Source of the DNA: a bacterium
Lineage (GTDB): Bacteria; Acidobacteriota; Blastocatellia; HR10
Length of the DNA: 64,000 nucleotides
Assembly (NCBI GenBank): GCA_041640655.1
Contig: JBEPZV010000005.1
Coordinates: 46,499 to 110,498 of the forward strand
Reading direction: 5' to 3'
A program made the translations under genes and the position numbers. Below are positions 37,661 to 47,500 of this stretch, piece by piece. The notes under the pieces are model-generated. The model saw only the letters and a list, made by a program, of their open reading frames with translations. It was not told the origin of the DNA and ran no database searches. How positions within the stretch are numbered: position 1 is the first letter of the stretch; each line of letters opens with the position of its first letter.

Positions 37661-37739
37661 GGATTCACCTCGCCGGCCTCTCACCCCGCCCAAGTCTGAC
37701 GCCATCTGGAGGGAGACCTCCACAATCTGAGGAGGGGGG

Positions 37740-39185
37740 ATGCATACCGATCGGATATTTCGGCTCAAGATAGGGCTCATCCTCATCACGTTGCTCACCG
37801 CCGCAGGAGCGCTCGCCCTCACCGCCGCGAGAGAGCCAGGACGCGAGCTTCCGTCCCCGAGGCCGTCTCTCGTGCGGGCGTGGCCTTCGCGCGAGCCGTC
37901 ACAAGCCGTGAGCGCGAGCGAACCGTCATCGCGTGATCTGCGCGATCGCGCGCGCGCGGCCGCCGTTCCCTGGACCACGCGAGCGCTCGGCGTGATCGGT
38001 GTCCTCGTCATCCTGGGGATCGCCTTCCTCCTCTCGAACAGCCCACGCGAGGTGAGCATGCGGATTCTCCTCTGGGGGATGGGGCTGCAAATCGCGCTGG
38101 CGCTGCTGATCCTCCGAACCTCTCCGGGACGATGGTTCTTCGATCGGCTCGGCGATCTGATCCGGCGGCTTCTGGCCTTCGCCGTCGAAGGCGCGACGTT
38201 CGTCTTCGGACCCTTGGCCGGGGAGAGTCTGGGCGTCATCTTCGCCTTTCGCGTGCTGCCGACGATCATCTTCGTCTCGTCGTTCTTCTCGATCCTCTAC
38301 TATCTCGGCATCATGCAGCGGATCGTGCTCGGTATGGCTAGGTTCATGACCTGGACGATGAAGGTGAGCGGGGCCGAGAGCTTGGCCGCCGCCGCCAACG
38401 TCTTCATGGGGCAGACGGAGGCGCCGTTGATCATCGCGCCGTATGTCCCTTCGATGACGCGTTCGGAGCTGTTATGCCTGATGCTCGGGGGGATGGCGAC
38501 GATCGCCGGCGGCGTCATGGCCGCGTACATCGGAATGGGGATCAATCCCGTCTATCTGCTGACGGGGAGCGTTATGGCGGCGCCGGGGGCGATCATGATG
38601 GCGAAGATCTTGATCCCGGAGAAGGAGGAGCCGCTCACGCGCGGCGTGGTGCGCATCGAAGTGAAGACCGAAGATCGCAACGTCATTGAGGCTGCCGCGC
38701 GGGGAGCCAGTGACGGCGCGCGCTTGGCCATCAATGTCGCCGCCATGCTCATCGCTTTCATCGCCTTGATCGCCCTGGTGAACGCGATCCTTGGATTTCT
38801 GCACGCTCGGGTGAGCGTCATTCCACCGAATCTGCAATGGATCCTCGGGCGGATCTTCGCCCCATTGGCGCTGGTCATGGGCGTGCCCATGGCAGACATC
38901 ACGGAGGTGGGGAATCTGCTCGGGCAGAAGCTCATCCTCAACGAGTTCGTCGCCTATACGGAGTTGGCGCGCATTCAGTCGGAGCTGCATCCGCGTTCGG
39001 TGATGATCGCCACCTACGCTCTCTGCGGATTCGCGAATTTCGCCTCTATCGGCATCCAGATCGGCGGGATCGGAGGGATCGCGCCCAATCGGCGGGGCGA
39101 TCTCGCCGAGCTGGGCCTCCGGGCGATGATCGGCGGCTTCCTGACGACGTGCCTGACGGGGACGATCGCCGGGTTGATCAGTTGA
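37740..39185 (+). CDS. nupC: Concentrative nucleoside transporter (CNT/NupC family)
   Basis: VLPTIIF, N.F.GQTEAP, GMATIAG, NEFVAY, LCGFANF.SIGI. Confidence 0.93.
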   Translation: MHTDRIFRLKIGLILITLLTAAGALALTAAREPGRELPSPRPSLVRAWPSREPSQAVSASEPSSRDLRDRARAAAVPWTTRALGVIGVLVILGIAFLLSNSPREVSMRILLWGMGLQIALALLILRTSPGRWFFDRLGDLIRRLLAFAVEGATFVFGPLAGESLGVIFAFRVLPTIIFVSSFFSILYYLGIMQRIVLGMARFMTWTMKVSGAESLAAAANVFMGQTEAPLIIAPYVPSMTRSELLCLMLGGMATIAGGVMAAYIGMGINPVYLLTGSVMAAPGAIMMAKILIPEKEEPLTRGVVRIEVKTEDRNVIEAAARGASDGARLAINVAAMLIAFIALIALVNAILGFLHARVSVIPPNLQWILGRIFAPLALVMGVPMADITEVGNLLGQKLILNEFVAYTELARIQSELHPRSVMIATYALCGFANFASIGIQIGGIGGIAPNRRGDLAELGLRAMIGGFLTTCLTGTIAGLIS

Positions 39186-39251
39186 CCGAGTGGGCCGCGA
39201 TCATCTAGCATGAGCAGCGAGAGAGAACGCAGAAGCATTCAAGAGGGGAGG

Positions 39252-40118
39252 ATGACGCCATCGCTCTACGAACGCGTTCAGGAGGCGGTGCGCTTCATTC
39301 GAGCTCGAAGCACCGTCTCGCCAGAGGTCGGTCTGGTGCTGGGTTCGGGACTGGGCGCTGTCGCGGAAAAGCTCGCCGACGTCCTCGTGCTTGCGTATGC
39401 AGAGATCCCGCATTTCCCGCCGGTCACGGTCGCGGGACATCCCGGGCGCCTCTGGCTCGGTCGGTTGGGCACAACGGCGGTCGCCGTCTTGCAAGGGCGG
39501 TTTCACTACTACGAGGGATACTCGATGGAGGAGGTGACGTTCCCCGTTCGCGTGCTCGGCGCGCTCGGCGTGCGAGAGCTGATTGTGACGAACGCGGCCG
39601 GGGGGATCAATCTTCGACTGCGCCCCGGCTCGCTCATGCTCATCGCCGATCATCTCAACCTGATGGGGGTGAATCCGCTGCGCGGGCCGAACGAGGAACG
39701 CTTCGGGCCGCGGTTCCCCGATATGACCGCCGTCTATTCCCCACGGCTTCGAGCGCTTGCGCGTGAGGTGGCGCGCGAGATGGGCCTGACGCCGGAGGAG
39801 GGGGTCTATGCGGCCGTGAGCGGGCCGAGCTATGAGACGCCGGCCGAAGTCCGTATGCTGCGACAGCTGGGAGCGGATGCGGTCGGGATGTCCACCGTCC
39901 CCGAGGCGATCGTAGCGCGGCACATGGGGATGGAGGTACTCGGTATCTCCGTGATCGCCAATATGGCTGCCGGCATTGCCGACCGCCCGCTCCGTCACGA
40001 GGAGGTGCTGGAGGCCGCGGCGCGCGCAGCAGAGCTCCTCGCCGAATGGCTCGCTCGGCTCATCCCGCGCGTGCGCGCCCACGGCATTTCAGAGAGTAGC
40101 GGAGAAGGACCCGTATGA
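39252..40118 (+). CDS. punA: Purine-nucleoside phosphorylase (trimeric type)
   Basis: LGSGLG, GRFHYYEG, TNAAGG, GPSYETPAE, VGMSTVPE. Confidence 0.95.
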   Translation: MTPSLYERVQEAVRFIRARSTVSPEVGLVLGSGLGAVAEKLADVLVLAYAEIPHFPPVTVAGHPGRLWLGRLGTTAVAVLQGRFHYYEGYSMEEVTFPVRVLGALGVRELIVTNAAGGINLRLRPGSLMLIADHLNLMGVNPLRGPNEERFGPRFPDMTAVYSPRLRALAREVAREMGLTPEEGVYAAVSGPSYETPAEVRMLRQLGADAVGMSTVPEAIVARHMGMEVLGISVIANMAAGIADRPLRHEEVLEAAARAAELLAEWLARLIPRVRAHGISESSGEGPV

Positions 40119-40783
40119 CCGACGTCCGCCGTCCACCATCGCGCGTCATGATCATCGGCATTTGTGGGGGGACCGGATCGGGCAAGACGACCGTCGCCCA
40201 GAAGATCCTGGAGGCCGTCGGCGCGGATCGCGTCGTCTATCTCCAGCAGGATGCATACTACAAGGACTTGAGCCATGTGCCTCTGGAGGTGCGTCATACG
40301 CGCAATTTCGATCATCCCGATGCCATCGACACGGACCTGCTCATCCAGCACATCGAGGAGTTGCGGGCGGGGCGGGCCATCGAGCAGCCGGTCTACGATT
40401 TCACGACGCACACACGCCGACCGGAGACCCGGCACGTGGAGCCTCGACCGATCATCCTCGTCGAGGGCATCCTCGTCTTCGAGAATCCGCGGCTGCGCGC
40501 GCTCATGGATTTGAAGATCTTCGTGGACACGGCCGACGACATTCGCTTCATTCGTCGTCTCATTCGCGACGTCTCCGAGCGCGGCCGGACGGTCGAATCC
40601 GTGATCGCGCAGTATCTGGAGACCGTGCGCCCGATGCATCTGGAATTCGTCGAGCCGAGCAAGCGGTATGCGGACATCATCATCCCCGAGGGGGGGTATA
40701 ACGTGGTGGGCATTGACCTCATCATTGAGAAGATTAAGGCGTATTTAGCCGAGGTCGAGCGAGCGGAGGGAGCCGCACGATGA
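40115..40783 (+). CDS. udk: Uridine kinase
   Basis: GGTGSGKTT, QDAYY, NFDHP.A, RD..ERGR, FVEPSK..AD.IIP. Confidence 0.96.
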   Translation: MTDVRRPPSRVMIIGICGGTGSGKTTVAQKILEAVGADRVVYLQQDAYYKDLSHVPLEVRHTRNFDHPDAIDTDLLIQHIEELRAGRAIEQPVYDFTTHTRRPETRHVEPRPIILVEGILVFENPRLRALMDLKIFVDTADDIRFIRRLIRDVSERGRTVESVIAQYLETVRPMHLEFVEPSKRYADIIIPEGGYNVVGIDLIIEKIKAYLAEVERAEGAAR

Positions 40784-41169
40784 CGGATGCCGAATTGATC
40801 GAGCGCGCGACGGCCGCGCGCGCCCTCGCCTATGCGCCGTATTCGGAATTCGCCGTGGGCGCAGCCGTGCTCACGGCCGATGGGCGCGTCTTCACCGGAT
40901 GCAACATTGAGAACGCGAGCTACGGATTGACCATATGCGCCGAGCGCGTCGCGCTCTTCAAAGCGATCTCCGAAGGCGCGCGCGCGTTTCACCGCCTCGC
41001 CGTCGTCGCCAATGCGGAGGCCCTGGTCTTCCCCTGCGGCGCCTGTCGCCAGGTGCTGTGGGAGTTCGCGCCGGATCTCATCGTCATCTCGGCCAACCTC
41101 AAGGGCCAGATGCGCGCGCGACCGCTTCGGGACTTGCTCCCGGAGCCGTTCGATGCGCGCATGTTCTGA
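40780..41169 (+). CDS. cdd: Cytidine deaminase (homotetrameric type)
   Basis: AYAPYS.F.VGAA, G.N.ENASY, CAER, PCGACRQ. Confidence 0.97.
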   Translation: MTDAELIERATAARALAYAPYSEFAVGAAVLTADGRVFTGCNIENASYGLTICAERVALFKAISEGARAFHRLAVVANAEALVFPCGACRQVLWEFAPDLIVISANLKGQMRARPLRDLLPEPFDARMF

Positions 41170-41200
41170 GTTCGGTGGCGCCTGTGGTGATCCCGCGCGC

Positions 41201-41848
41201 TCACGGCGAGTCGGCCGATTCGGCGCGCTCGCGCGCTGCGGTGTCGGCGACCGTCACGACGACGCGCGCCGGACGCAGGATGTGATCCCCCCACCGATAC
41301 CCCTTTCGGACTTCGCGCACGATCGTCTGCTCCTCGTGCTCGCGACTGGGGATGGCTTCCACCGCCTCATGCAGCGCGGGATCGAACTTTCGGCCGAGGC
41401 TCTCATAGGGGCGAACGCCGCAGGCGTCCAGCAGGCGCACGAGCTGACGATGAATGAGGTGCAGCGCTTCGTCGGTCGCCGACTCCATCGGCTCCGTTCG
41501 CGCGCGCTCCCGCTGCAAGCCCAGGACTTGCTCGAAGGCGTCCAACACCTGCAAGACCTCCAGCAGGACCTTGCGCACCCCCTCGCGCACGCGCTCGCTC
41601 AACTCGCGCTCGATGCGCTTGCGATAGTTGTCGAAGTCGGCCAGTGCCCGCAAATAGCGCCGGTGCTCGGCCGCCAGTTCTCTTCGCAGCTGTTCGACCT
41701 CGGCCGTCAGGTGCGCCAACGCCGAGGAGCCGTGCGCGGATTCCTCGGGATGCCTCGGGGCGAGTTCCCATTGGCGCTCCGCCGAAGGCCTCTCCTCTCG
41801 CTCGATCATGAGCGCTTCTCCCGATGTCGAGATCTCGGACCGAGGCAT
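41201..41848 (-). CDS. grpE: Nucleotide exchange factor GrpE
   Basis: LRALADFDNYRKR, FDP.LHEA, KGY....ILRPA.VVV; start uncertain. Confidence 0.9.
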   Translation of the reverse strand: MPRSEISTSGEALMIEREERPSAERQWELAPRHPEESAHGSSALAHLTAEVEQLRRELAAEHRRYLRALADFDNYRKRIERELSERVREGVRKVLLEVLQVLDAFEQVLGLQRERARTEPMESATDEALHLIHRQLVRLLDACGVRPYESLGRKFDPALHEAVEAIPSREHEEQTIVREVRKGYRWGDHILRPARVVVTVADTAARERAESADSP

Positions 41849-41857
41849 TCGGCCCGC

Positions 41858-42301
41858 TCACCGCACTTTGATCTCCACCTGTCGCGGCTTGGCTTCCGGC
41901 TTCTTGGGGATCACGATCCGCAGCACACCATCGCGATATTCGGCGCTGATGTTCTCGAGATCCATGTTGGGCGAGAGCGTGAAGCTGCGACTGAAGCGCC
42001 CATAGGGGCGTTCCACGCGATGGTAGCTCTCGGGCCGATCTTCATGCTCCAAACGACGTTCTCCGCTCACGGTCAGGACATTCTTCTCCACGCTCACCTG
42101 AACCTCATCCTTGTTGATGCCCGGCAGATCGAACAGCAGCTCCATGCCCTCGGTATTCTCGTAGATGTCCACGGCCGGGGTCCATCCTCCGGCCACCTCT
42201 TCCTCCGGGCGCGTGCGGAAGACTTCGCGGAAGAGCCGATTGATCTCCTCTTGCAGATTCATCAGCTCGCGGAATGGGTCACCGCGTCGAATGCGCATCA
42301 T
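41858..42301 (-). CDS. Hsp20/alpha-crystallin small heat-shock protein
   Basis: WTPAVDIYE, DLPG, ER.YG.F.RSF.L, A.Y.DGVL.I..PK; AAGGAGG RBS. Confidence 0.95.
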   Translation of the reverse strand: MMRIRRGDPFRELMNLQEEINRLFREVFRTRPEEEVAGGWTPAVDIYENTEGMELLFDLPGINKDEVQVSVEKNVLTVSGERRLEHEDRPESYHRVERPYGRFSRSFTLSPNMDLENISAEYRDGVLRIVIPKKPEAKPRQVEIKVR

Positions 42302-42405
42302 CGCATCAGCCTCCTTCATGAAATTCTCACCCTCCCCTTGTGAAACCTCGCTCCGCTCGCTCACGAAATGCGTGGCACTTCGTGAGGGCTTCCGCCATGA
42401 AGCTA

Positions 42406-42421
42406 AGCAAACGGCGTGCCG
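42406..42421 (-). promoter_or_regulatory. sigma54 (-24/-12) promoter for hsp20-grpE
   Basis: Minus strand CGGCACGCCGTTTGCT, GG-N10-GC. Confidence 0.7.
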
Positions 42422-42631
42422 TCAAGCAAGCCTTCTCCCGGTGTGGACGAAGGGAGGCCCCGGTGAGATTTCACGAGGCCGCTCCTTCCCCGTGAGGTGT
42501 CTCCTGTGGCGATGTGGTCGGGACGTGAAGCACCAACTCGCCACGCCGCTACTGGGAGGCGGAGGTCGCCTTCGCGCGCGTTCTCCTGGAGGCTCGAGGA
42601 CCATTCGCCAGCGGAGGTTGGAGGCGGCCTT

Positions 42632-42647
42632 TGGCACACCGCTTGCA
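42632..42647 (+). promoter_or_regulatory. sigma54 (-24/-12) promoter for mreB-like gene
   Basis: TGGCACACCGCTTGCA matches TGGCAC-N5-TTGC(A/T), about 50 nt before ATG. Confidence 0.8.
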
Positions 42648-42696
42648 TCTAAGTGTCGGTAGGGTCCTCGCGAGGGGACTCGGGAGGAAAGCGACT

Positions 42697-43770
42697 ATGG
42701 GTGTCTTCCGCCGCCTCTTTGTGGACCGCGTGGCCGTGGATCTGGGGACGGTCACGACCCTCATCTACTCCTCGCGACGGGGTCTGGTGCTGCATGAACC
42801 TTCGGCCGTCGCCGTGAATCGTTTCACCGGGGAGATCATCGCCATCGGGCACAACGCCTTGGAGATGCTCGGACGAGAGCCCTACGACGTGGAGATCCAT
42901 CGCCCGCTGCGTCATGGAACGATCGCCGATCTGGATTTGGCCGAACGCATGCTGAAGCACTTCCTGGAGCCCATTTGCCGGAACCGCCTCCGTCGGATTC
43001 ACCTGATGGCGACGATCCCCGGATCGGCCACCGATGCTGAGCGCAATGCCTTGATCGAAGCCGCGCGCGAGGCCGGCGCCCATCGTGTGGATCTGGTCGA
43101 GGAGGGGTTGGCGGCTGCTTTCGGCGCCGATGCGATCGCTCCCGATGGATCAGCGCGCATGATCGTGGACATCGGGGGAGGAACGACGACGATCAGTATC
43201 GTTTCCCGGCATGGCCTGATCGCTTCTGAGACTCTTCAGGTCGCCGGAAATGATATGACCGACGCGATCCGCGAGTACATGCAGAAGCATTACGATCTCG
43301 TGATCGGCGAGCGGACGGCCGAGTGGGTCAAGATCGAGATCGGTTCGGCTCTGCCCGAAGGAAACGGTCGCGCGGTCACGGTCTATGGGAAGTCGGTCTT
43401 GGGAGGGGGGGCCGAAGGCGTTCCGCTTCAGAGTCATGAGGTCGCTCACGCGCTCGAGCCGGTTCTGCGCGTCATCCGGGATGGCATTCAACGGGTCCTG
43501 GAACAAGCGCCGCCGGACGCGGCGCACGATGTGTGTCAGAGCGGGATCGTGTTGAGTGGAGGGGGATCGCTCCTGCACGGGCTGGATCAGTGGCTCAGCG
43601 ACCAGTTGCAATTGACCGTCATTCGCGCCGAACGCCCCATCGAGGCGGTAGTCCTCGGAGCTGCCCGCTTGCTCGAAAATCCCGACCTGTACCGACAGTT
43701 GCGCGTAGTCGAACGCATGTCCTACTGGTCGGAGCTCTACGAGGAAGCCCTGCACTCCCTCGAAGCGTGA
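42697..43770 (+). CDS. mreB: MreB/Mbl-family actin-like protein, divergent paralog
   Basis: DLGT, EPS.VA, RPL..G.IAD, EE..AAA.GA, DIGGGTT, AGN, IGERTAE..K, GIVL.GGG.LL. Confidence 0.85.
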   Translation: MGVFRRLFVDRVAVDLGTVTTLIYSSRRGLVLHEPSAVAVNRFTGEIIAIGHNALEMLGREPYDVEIHRPLRHGTIADLDLAERMLKHFLEPICRNRLRRIHLMATIPGSATDAERNALIEAAREAGAHRVDLVEEGLAAAFGADAIAPDGSARMIVDIGGGTTTISIVSRHGLIASETLQVAGNDMTDAIREYMQKHYDLVIGERTAEWVKIEIGSALPEGNGRAVTVYGKSVLGGGAEGVPLQSHEVAHALEPVLRVIRDGIQRVLEQAPPDAAHDVCQSGIVLSGGGSLLHGLDQWLSDQLQLTVIRAERPIEAVVLGAARLLENPDLYRQLRVVERMSYWSELYEEALHSLEA

Positions 43771-43967
43771 CATCTTCGCCACAAAGGGACTCGCAGGTTC
43801 GCCACAGCACCGGAGGACGCGGGGGCTTGGCTCCCCATGAGGTGGACGAAACGTCTCGAAGGCAACGTCGTTTTGGAACGGAGGGCGAGAAGCTCCATCC
43901 GGTACGGGATTTGCTTCATGACCCGTTGGCCGAACAACGGCGACTCTTGTGAAGAGGAGGTGGGACG

Positions 43968-44327
43968 ATGATGAGACGAGCGCTGAGCCTTTTGGCGATC
44001 ATCATGATCGCCCTCGGAGCAGTCGCCTGGGCTGCCCAGAAAGAGCAGCGTCGTCAGGTCACGTTCACGGAGGATGTCCTCGTCGGCGGTCAGCTGCTCA
44101 AGAAGGGGACGTACACGGTCGTCTATCAACCGGGTGTGGAGGGACAGGCGACGTTCATGCGAGGGGGAAAGACAGTCGCGCAGGTGCCGTATAAGCTTGT
44201 GCGCTTGACGCAGAAGGCGACGACAGATTCGATCACGTATCGGCGGACGGGGCCACAACCCGTCCTCACGCGGCTGACCTTCGCCGGGCAGCTTGAGGCG
44301 CTCGAGTTCGAGGGCGGTCAAGAATAA
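43968..44327 (+). CDS. Hypothetical secreted beta-rich protein
   Basis: AGGAGG RBS, signal peptide (AWA), followed by terminator. Confidence 0.75.
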   Translation: MMRRALSLLAIIMIALGAVAWAAQKEQRRQVTFTEDVLVGGQLLKKGTYTVVYQPGVEGQATFMRGGKTVAQVPYKLVRLTQKATTDSITYRRTGPQPVLTRLTFAGQLEALEFEGGQE

Positions 44328-44340
44328 TCGCATGTCAGAC

Positions 44341-44389
44341 GCCGGGTCCCTGTGCCGGTTCGCCCGAGCTGGCCGGACCCGGCTTTTTT
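44341..44389 (+). terminator. Rho-independent terminator
   Basis: GCCGGGTCC...GGACCCGGC stem with inner hairpin, then TTTTTT. Confidence 0.75.
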
Positions 44390-44461
44390 CTCTATGGGCC
44401 TGATGCTCTCCGCTTCAAAAGCCCCCTCCTACGTTTGGAGTCCCACGATACAAGCCAGAGC

Positions 44462-44490
44462 TTGACAGAGGTGCAGGCCATCTTTAGAAT
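44462..44490 (+). promoter_or_regulatory. sigma70 promoter of large surface protein gene
   Basis: TTGACA, 17 bp, TAGAAT. Confidence 0.75.
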
Positions 44491-44538
44491 CAGAGCCGCA
44501 TTGCGTGGGGTTTCAAATCGGATGAGGAGGGAGGAAAC

Positions 44539-47500
44539 ATGCGCGCGGTCGGCTCGTGGCGGGTTCGATCCCTCGGCGTCGTGATTCTCGCCCTGTTTGC
44601 GATCTTCTCCGCTCTCATCGTCCACCACATTGGGGCGTCGTCCCAATCTCGGGAGAGATGGCCGAGTCACATCGGTATCCTCGCTCAAGGGCGCGGGGGA
44701 CCGGAGTTGACGGTACAGAACGGGCGGAATCTTCCCGAGGATCCTCCGGGCGGAGGGGGACGCTTCGGGGCATCATGGCCGACCAGACTGGCTCGTGGTG
44801 ACTTCAATGGCGATGGCTTTCAGGACCTGCTCATCAGCTATGCCCGCGTGGGTGGAGGAGAGTTGGTGCTTCGGTTGGGGAACGGGCAAGGGGACTTCAC
44901 GACGCCACTGCGGATCCCGCTGACCGGACAAGAGCCGTCGGCGCTACTGGTCGAGGATTTCAACCAGGATGGTCTCCCGGATGTCGCCGTCGGATATACG
45001 GATCAGTTGGAGGTCTCGATCTATCTGGGGACGGGCCGCGGGACGTTCCAATGGGCGGAAGACGTGCGTCTTGGTCTGGCGGTGAGTGGGCTCGCTTCAG
45101 GGGATTTCAATGGTGACGGAGTGCCGGACCTTTTGGTCTCTTCTTCAGATGCTCCTTTCTTGGGCCTGCTGCTCAATGATGGGCGAGGGGGATTCCAGCC
45201 CTCGCGGTTCTTCTCGCTGAGTGCAGACGGCTCGGTCTTCGCGCTGGGGGATATTCGGGTTGCGGACATGGATGCTGATGGGCGATTGGACGCGATCGTG
45301 CTCTATCGCGGGGAGACGCCTGGGGTGGCTGTCCTCTACGGGATGGGCGAGGGGAAGTTCGCCTATCCGCAGCTTCTGCCGGTCGGCGTTGCTCCGGAAG
45401 GTTTGACTGTGGGTGACTTCGATCAGGATGCGCGGATGGACATCGCGGTGACGGATGCCGCCGGCGGCAGCGTCTTCGTGCTGCGCGGAGCAGGAGACCG
45501 ATCCTTCTCCTCTCCCGTGAGCTTTCACGCGGGGACGTGGCCCGTGCAACTCGCGATCGCGAATCTGAATAACGATGGGTATCCCGATCTGGCCGTCGTT
45601 GATCGCGGGAGCAATCGCATCGTGATCTTGTTGGGGAACGCTCGCGGAGCCTTCGATCGTTCCGTGAGCTATGATGTGGATGGTCCCCCGGTCGCGATTG
45701 TAGCCGGGCGATTCCGCCACGTGGCGCTTGATGACCTGGTCGTCGCCAAACAGAGCGGGGCGACCGTCGCCATCGCCCTCAATGCGCCGCCGACGATCGT
45801 CGTCACGACGACCGCCGATGAGGTCCGACAAGATGGGCGCGTGAGCTTGCGCGAGGCGATCCTGGCGGCCAATGGGAATCCGCCGAATTCAGACGTCCCA
45901 TCGGGACGAGGGAATGCTCCGGACGTGATCGGCTTCGATCTGCCGGAGGCGGAGAAATCCGGAGGGGTCTTCGTCATCCGCGTGAGCGCGCAGCGTGGTC
46001 CTCTTCCACCGCTCACTGATGGCGGTACGACCATTGATGGGACGATGCAACGAGGATTCGCGGGCACACCACTCATTGTGCTGGACGGCTCAGAAGCGGG
46101 GAGTGTGGATGGGCTGACGATCGCGTCGAGCCTGAACGTCGTGCGCGGATTGGTCATCAGCCGATTCGGTGGTCATGGGGTGCGGATCGTCGGCAGTGAT
46201 GCACCGGTCACGGGGAACATCATCGCCGGCTGTTACATCGGCACGGATGCCTCTGGACAACAGGCGTGGGGCAACGGGCTGGCCGGTGTTCAGCTCTTCG
46301 GCGATGGTGTGAGCAATACGCTCATTGGGGGAACGGCGGCAGCCGATCGGAACGTCATCTCCGGCAATGGCGGCGATGGGATCGAAGTGCGGGGACTCGC
46401 TCGGAATACACAAATCGTGGGGAACTACATCGGCGTCGCTGCTGATGGGCGGACGCCTCTGCCCAATGGCGGCAGTGGCATCTTCATTGCCGGAGCCGAT
46501 AATGTGACCGTGGGCGGAACGGCGAGCGGAGCTGGGAACGTGATCTCGGGGAATCTCCGTCATGGCCTCCAGGCGCGCGGGAGCACGGGGCTGCGCATTC
46601 AGGGGAACTTCATCGGTGTGGAGGCGCGCGGCGCATCGGCCGTGAAGAACGGCGGAGACGGGATCTCTCTGGTGGAGGTCATCAACGCGCAGATCGGCGG
46701 CGTCTCCTCCTCGGCGCGAAATGTGATCGCCGGGAACGATGGGCATGGGGTGATGCTCCTCCGCAGCTCGGCCAATAAGGTTCAGGGGAACTACATCGGT
46801 GTGGACGCCGAGGGGCGTCAAGCGCTCGGCAACGGCGGGGCGGGCATTCAGGTGGATCTCAACTCGCCGAACAATCTCATTGGCGGCATCGTCGAAGGGG
46901 CGGGCAACGTCATCTCCGGAAATCGCGGGAGCGGGATCTTCATCGCGCCGAGTTCGCTGGGGGCGCAGATCTTCGGGAATCGCATCGGCGTGAACGCGAC
47001 CGGGCGGGCGGCGCTCGGCAATGGCGGGGATGGGATCACGGTCAATGGTGGAGGGAATCATCAGATCGGAGGCGATGACAGCATCGCGCGCAACGTCATC
47101 GGGGGTAATGCCGGCGAGGGGGTGCGGCTGCTCAACGCCGTGGATACTCGCCTCGTGGGGAACGTCATCGGGGTGGATGCGGGAGGCACGATCCCGTTGC
47201 CTAACGGTGGGAGTGGCGTGTTGATCCTCTCCACGGAAGGCTCGGCATCTCGAAATGCCGTGCTTCGAAACGTGATCGCCTATAATCGCGGGGCTGGCGT
47301 GCGCATCCTCGGTTCGGGAAGCGGCAATCGCCTCTCCCAAAATTCCTTCTTCCAGAATGAGGGCTTGGGCATTGACCGAGGGGGACAAGGGATCGTCCCT
47401 CAGATCACAGCGGTCACGGAGAACGGTGATGGCACGGTGACGGTGAGAGGGACGTTCCCGGCGCCTGCTCCCGCGGGAGCCGTCATCGAGGTCTATTTAG

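Noticed and set aside
42301..42400. ROSE/fourU RNA thermometer or CIRCE at hsp20
   Set aside because: No anti-SD pairing and no TTAGCACTC-N9-GAGTGCTAA
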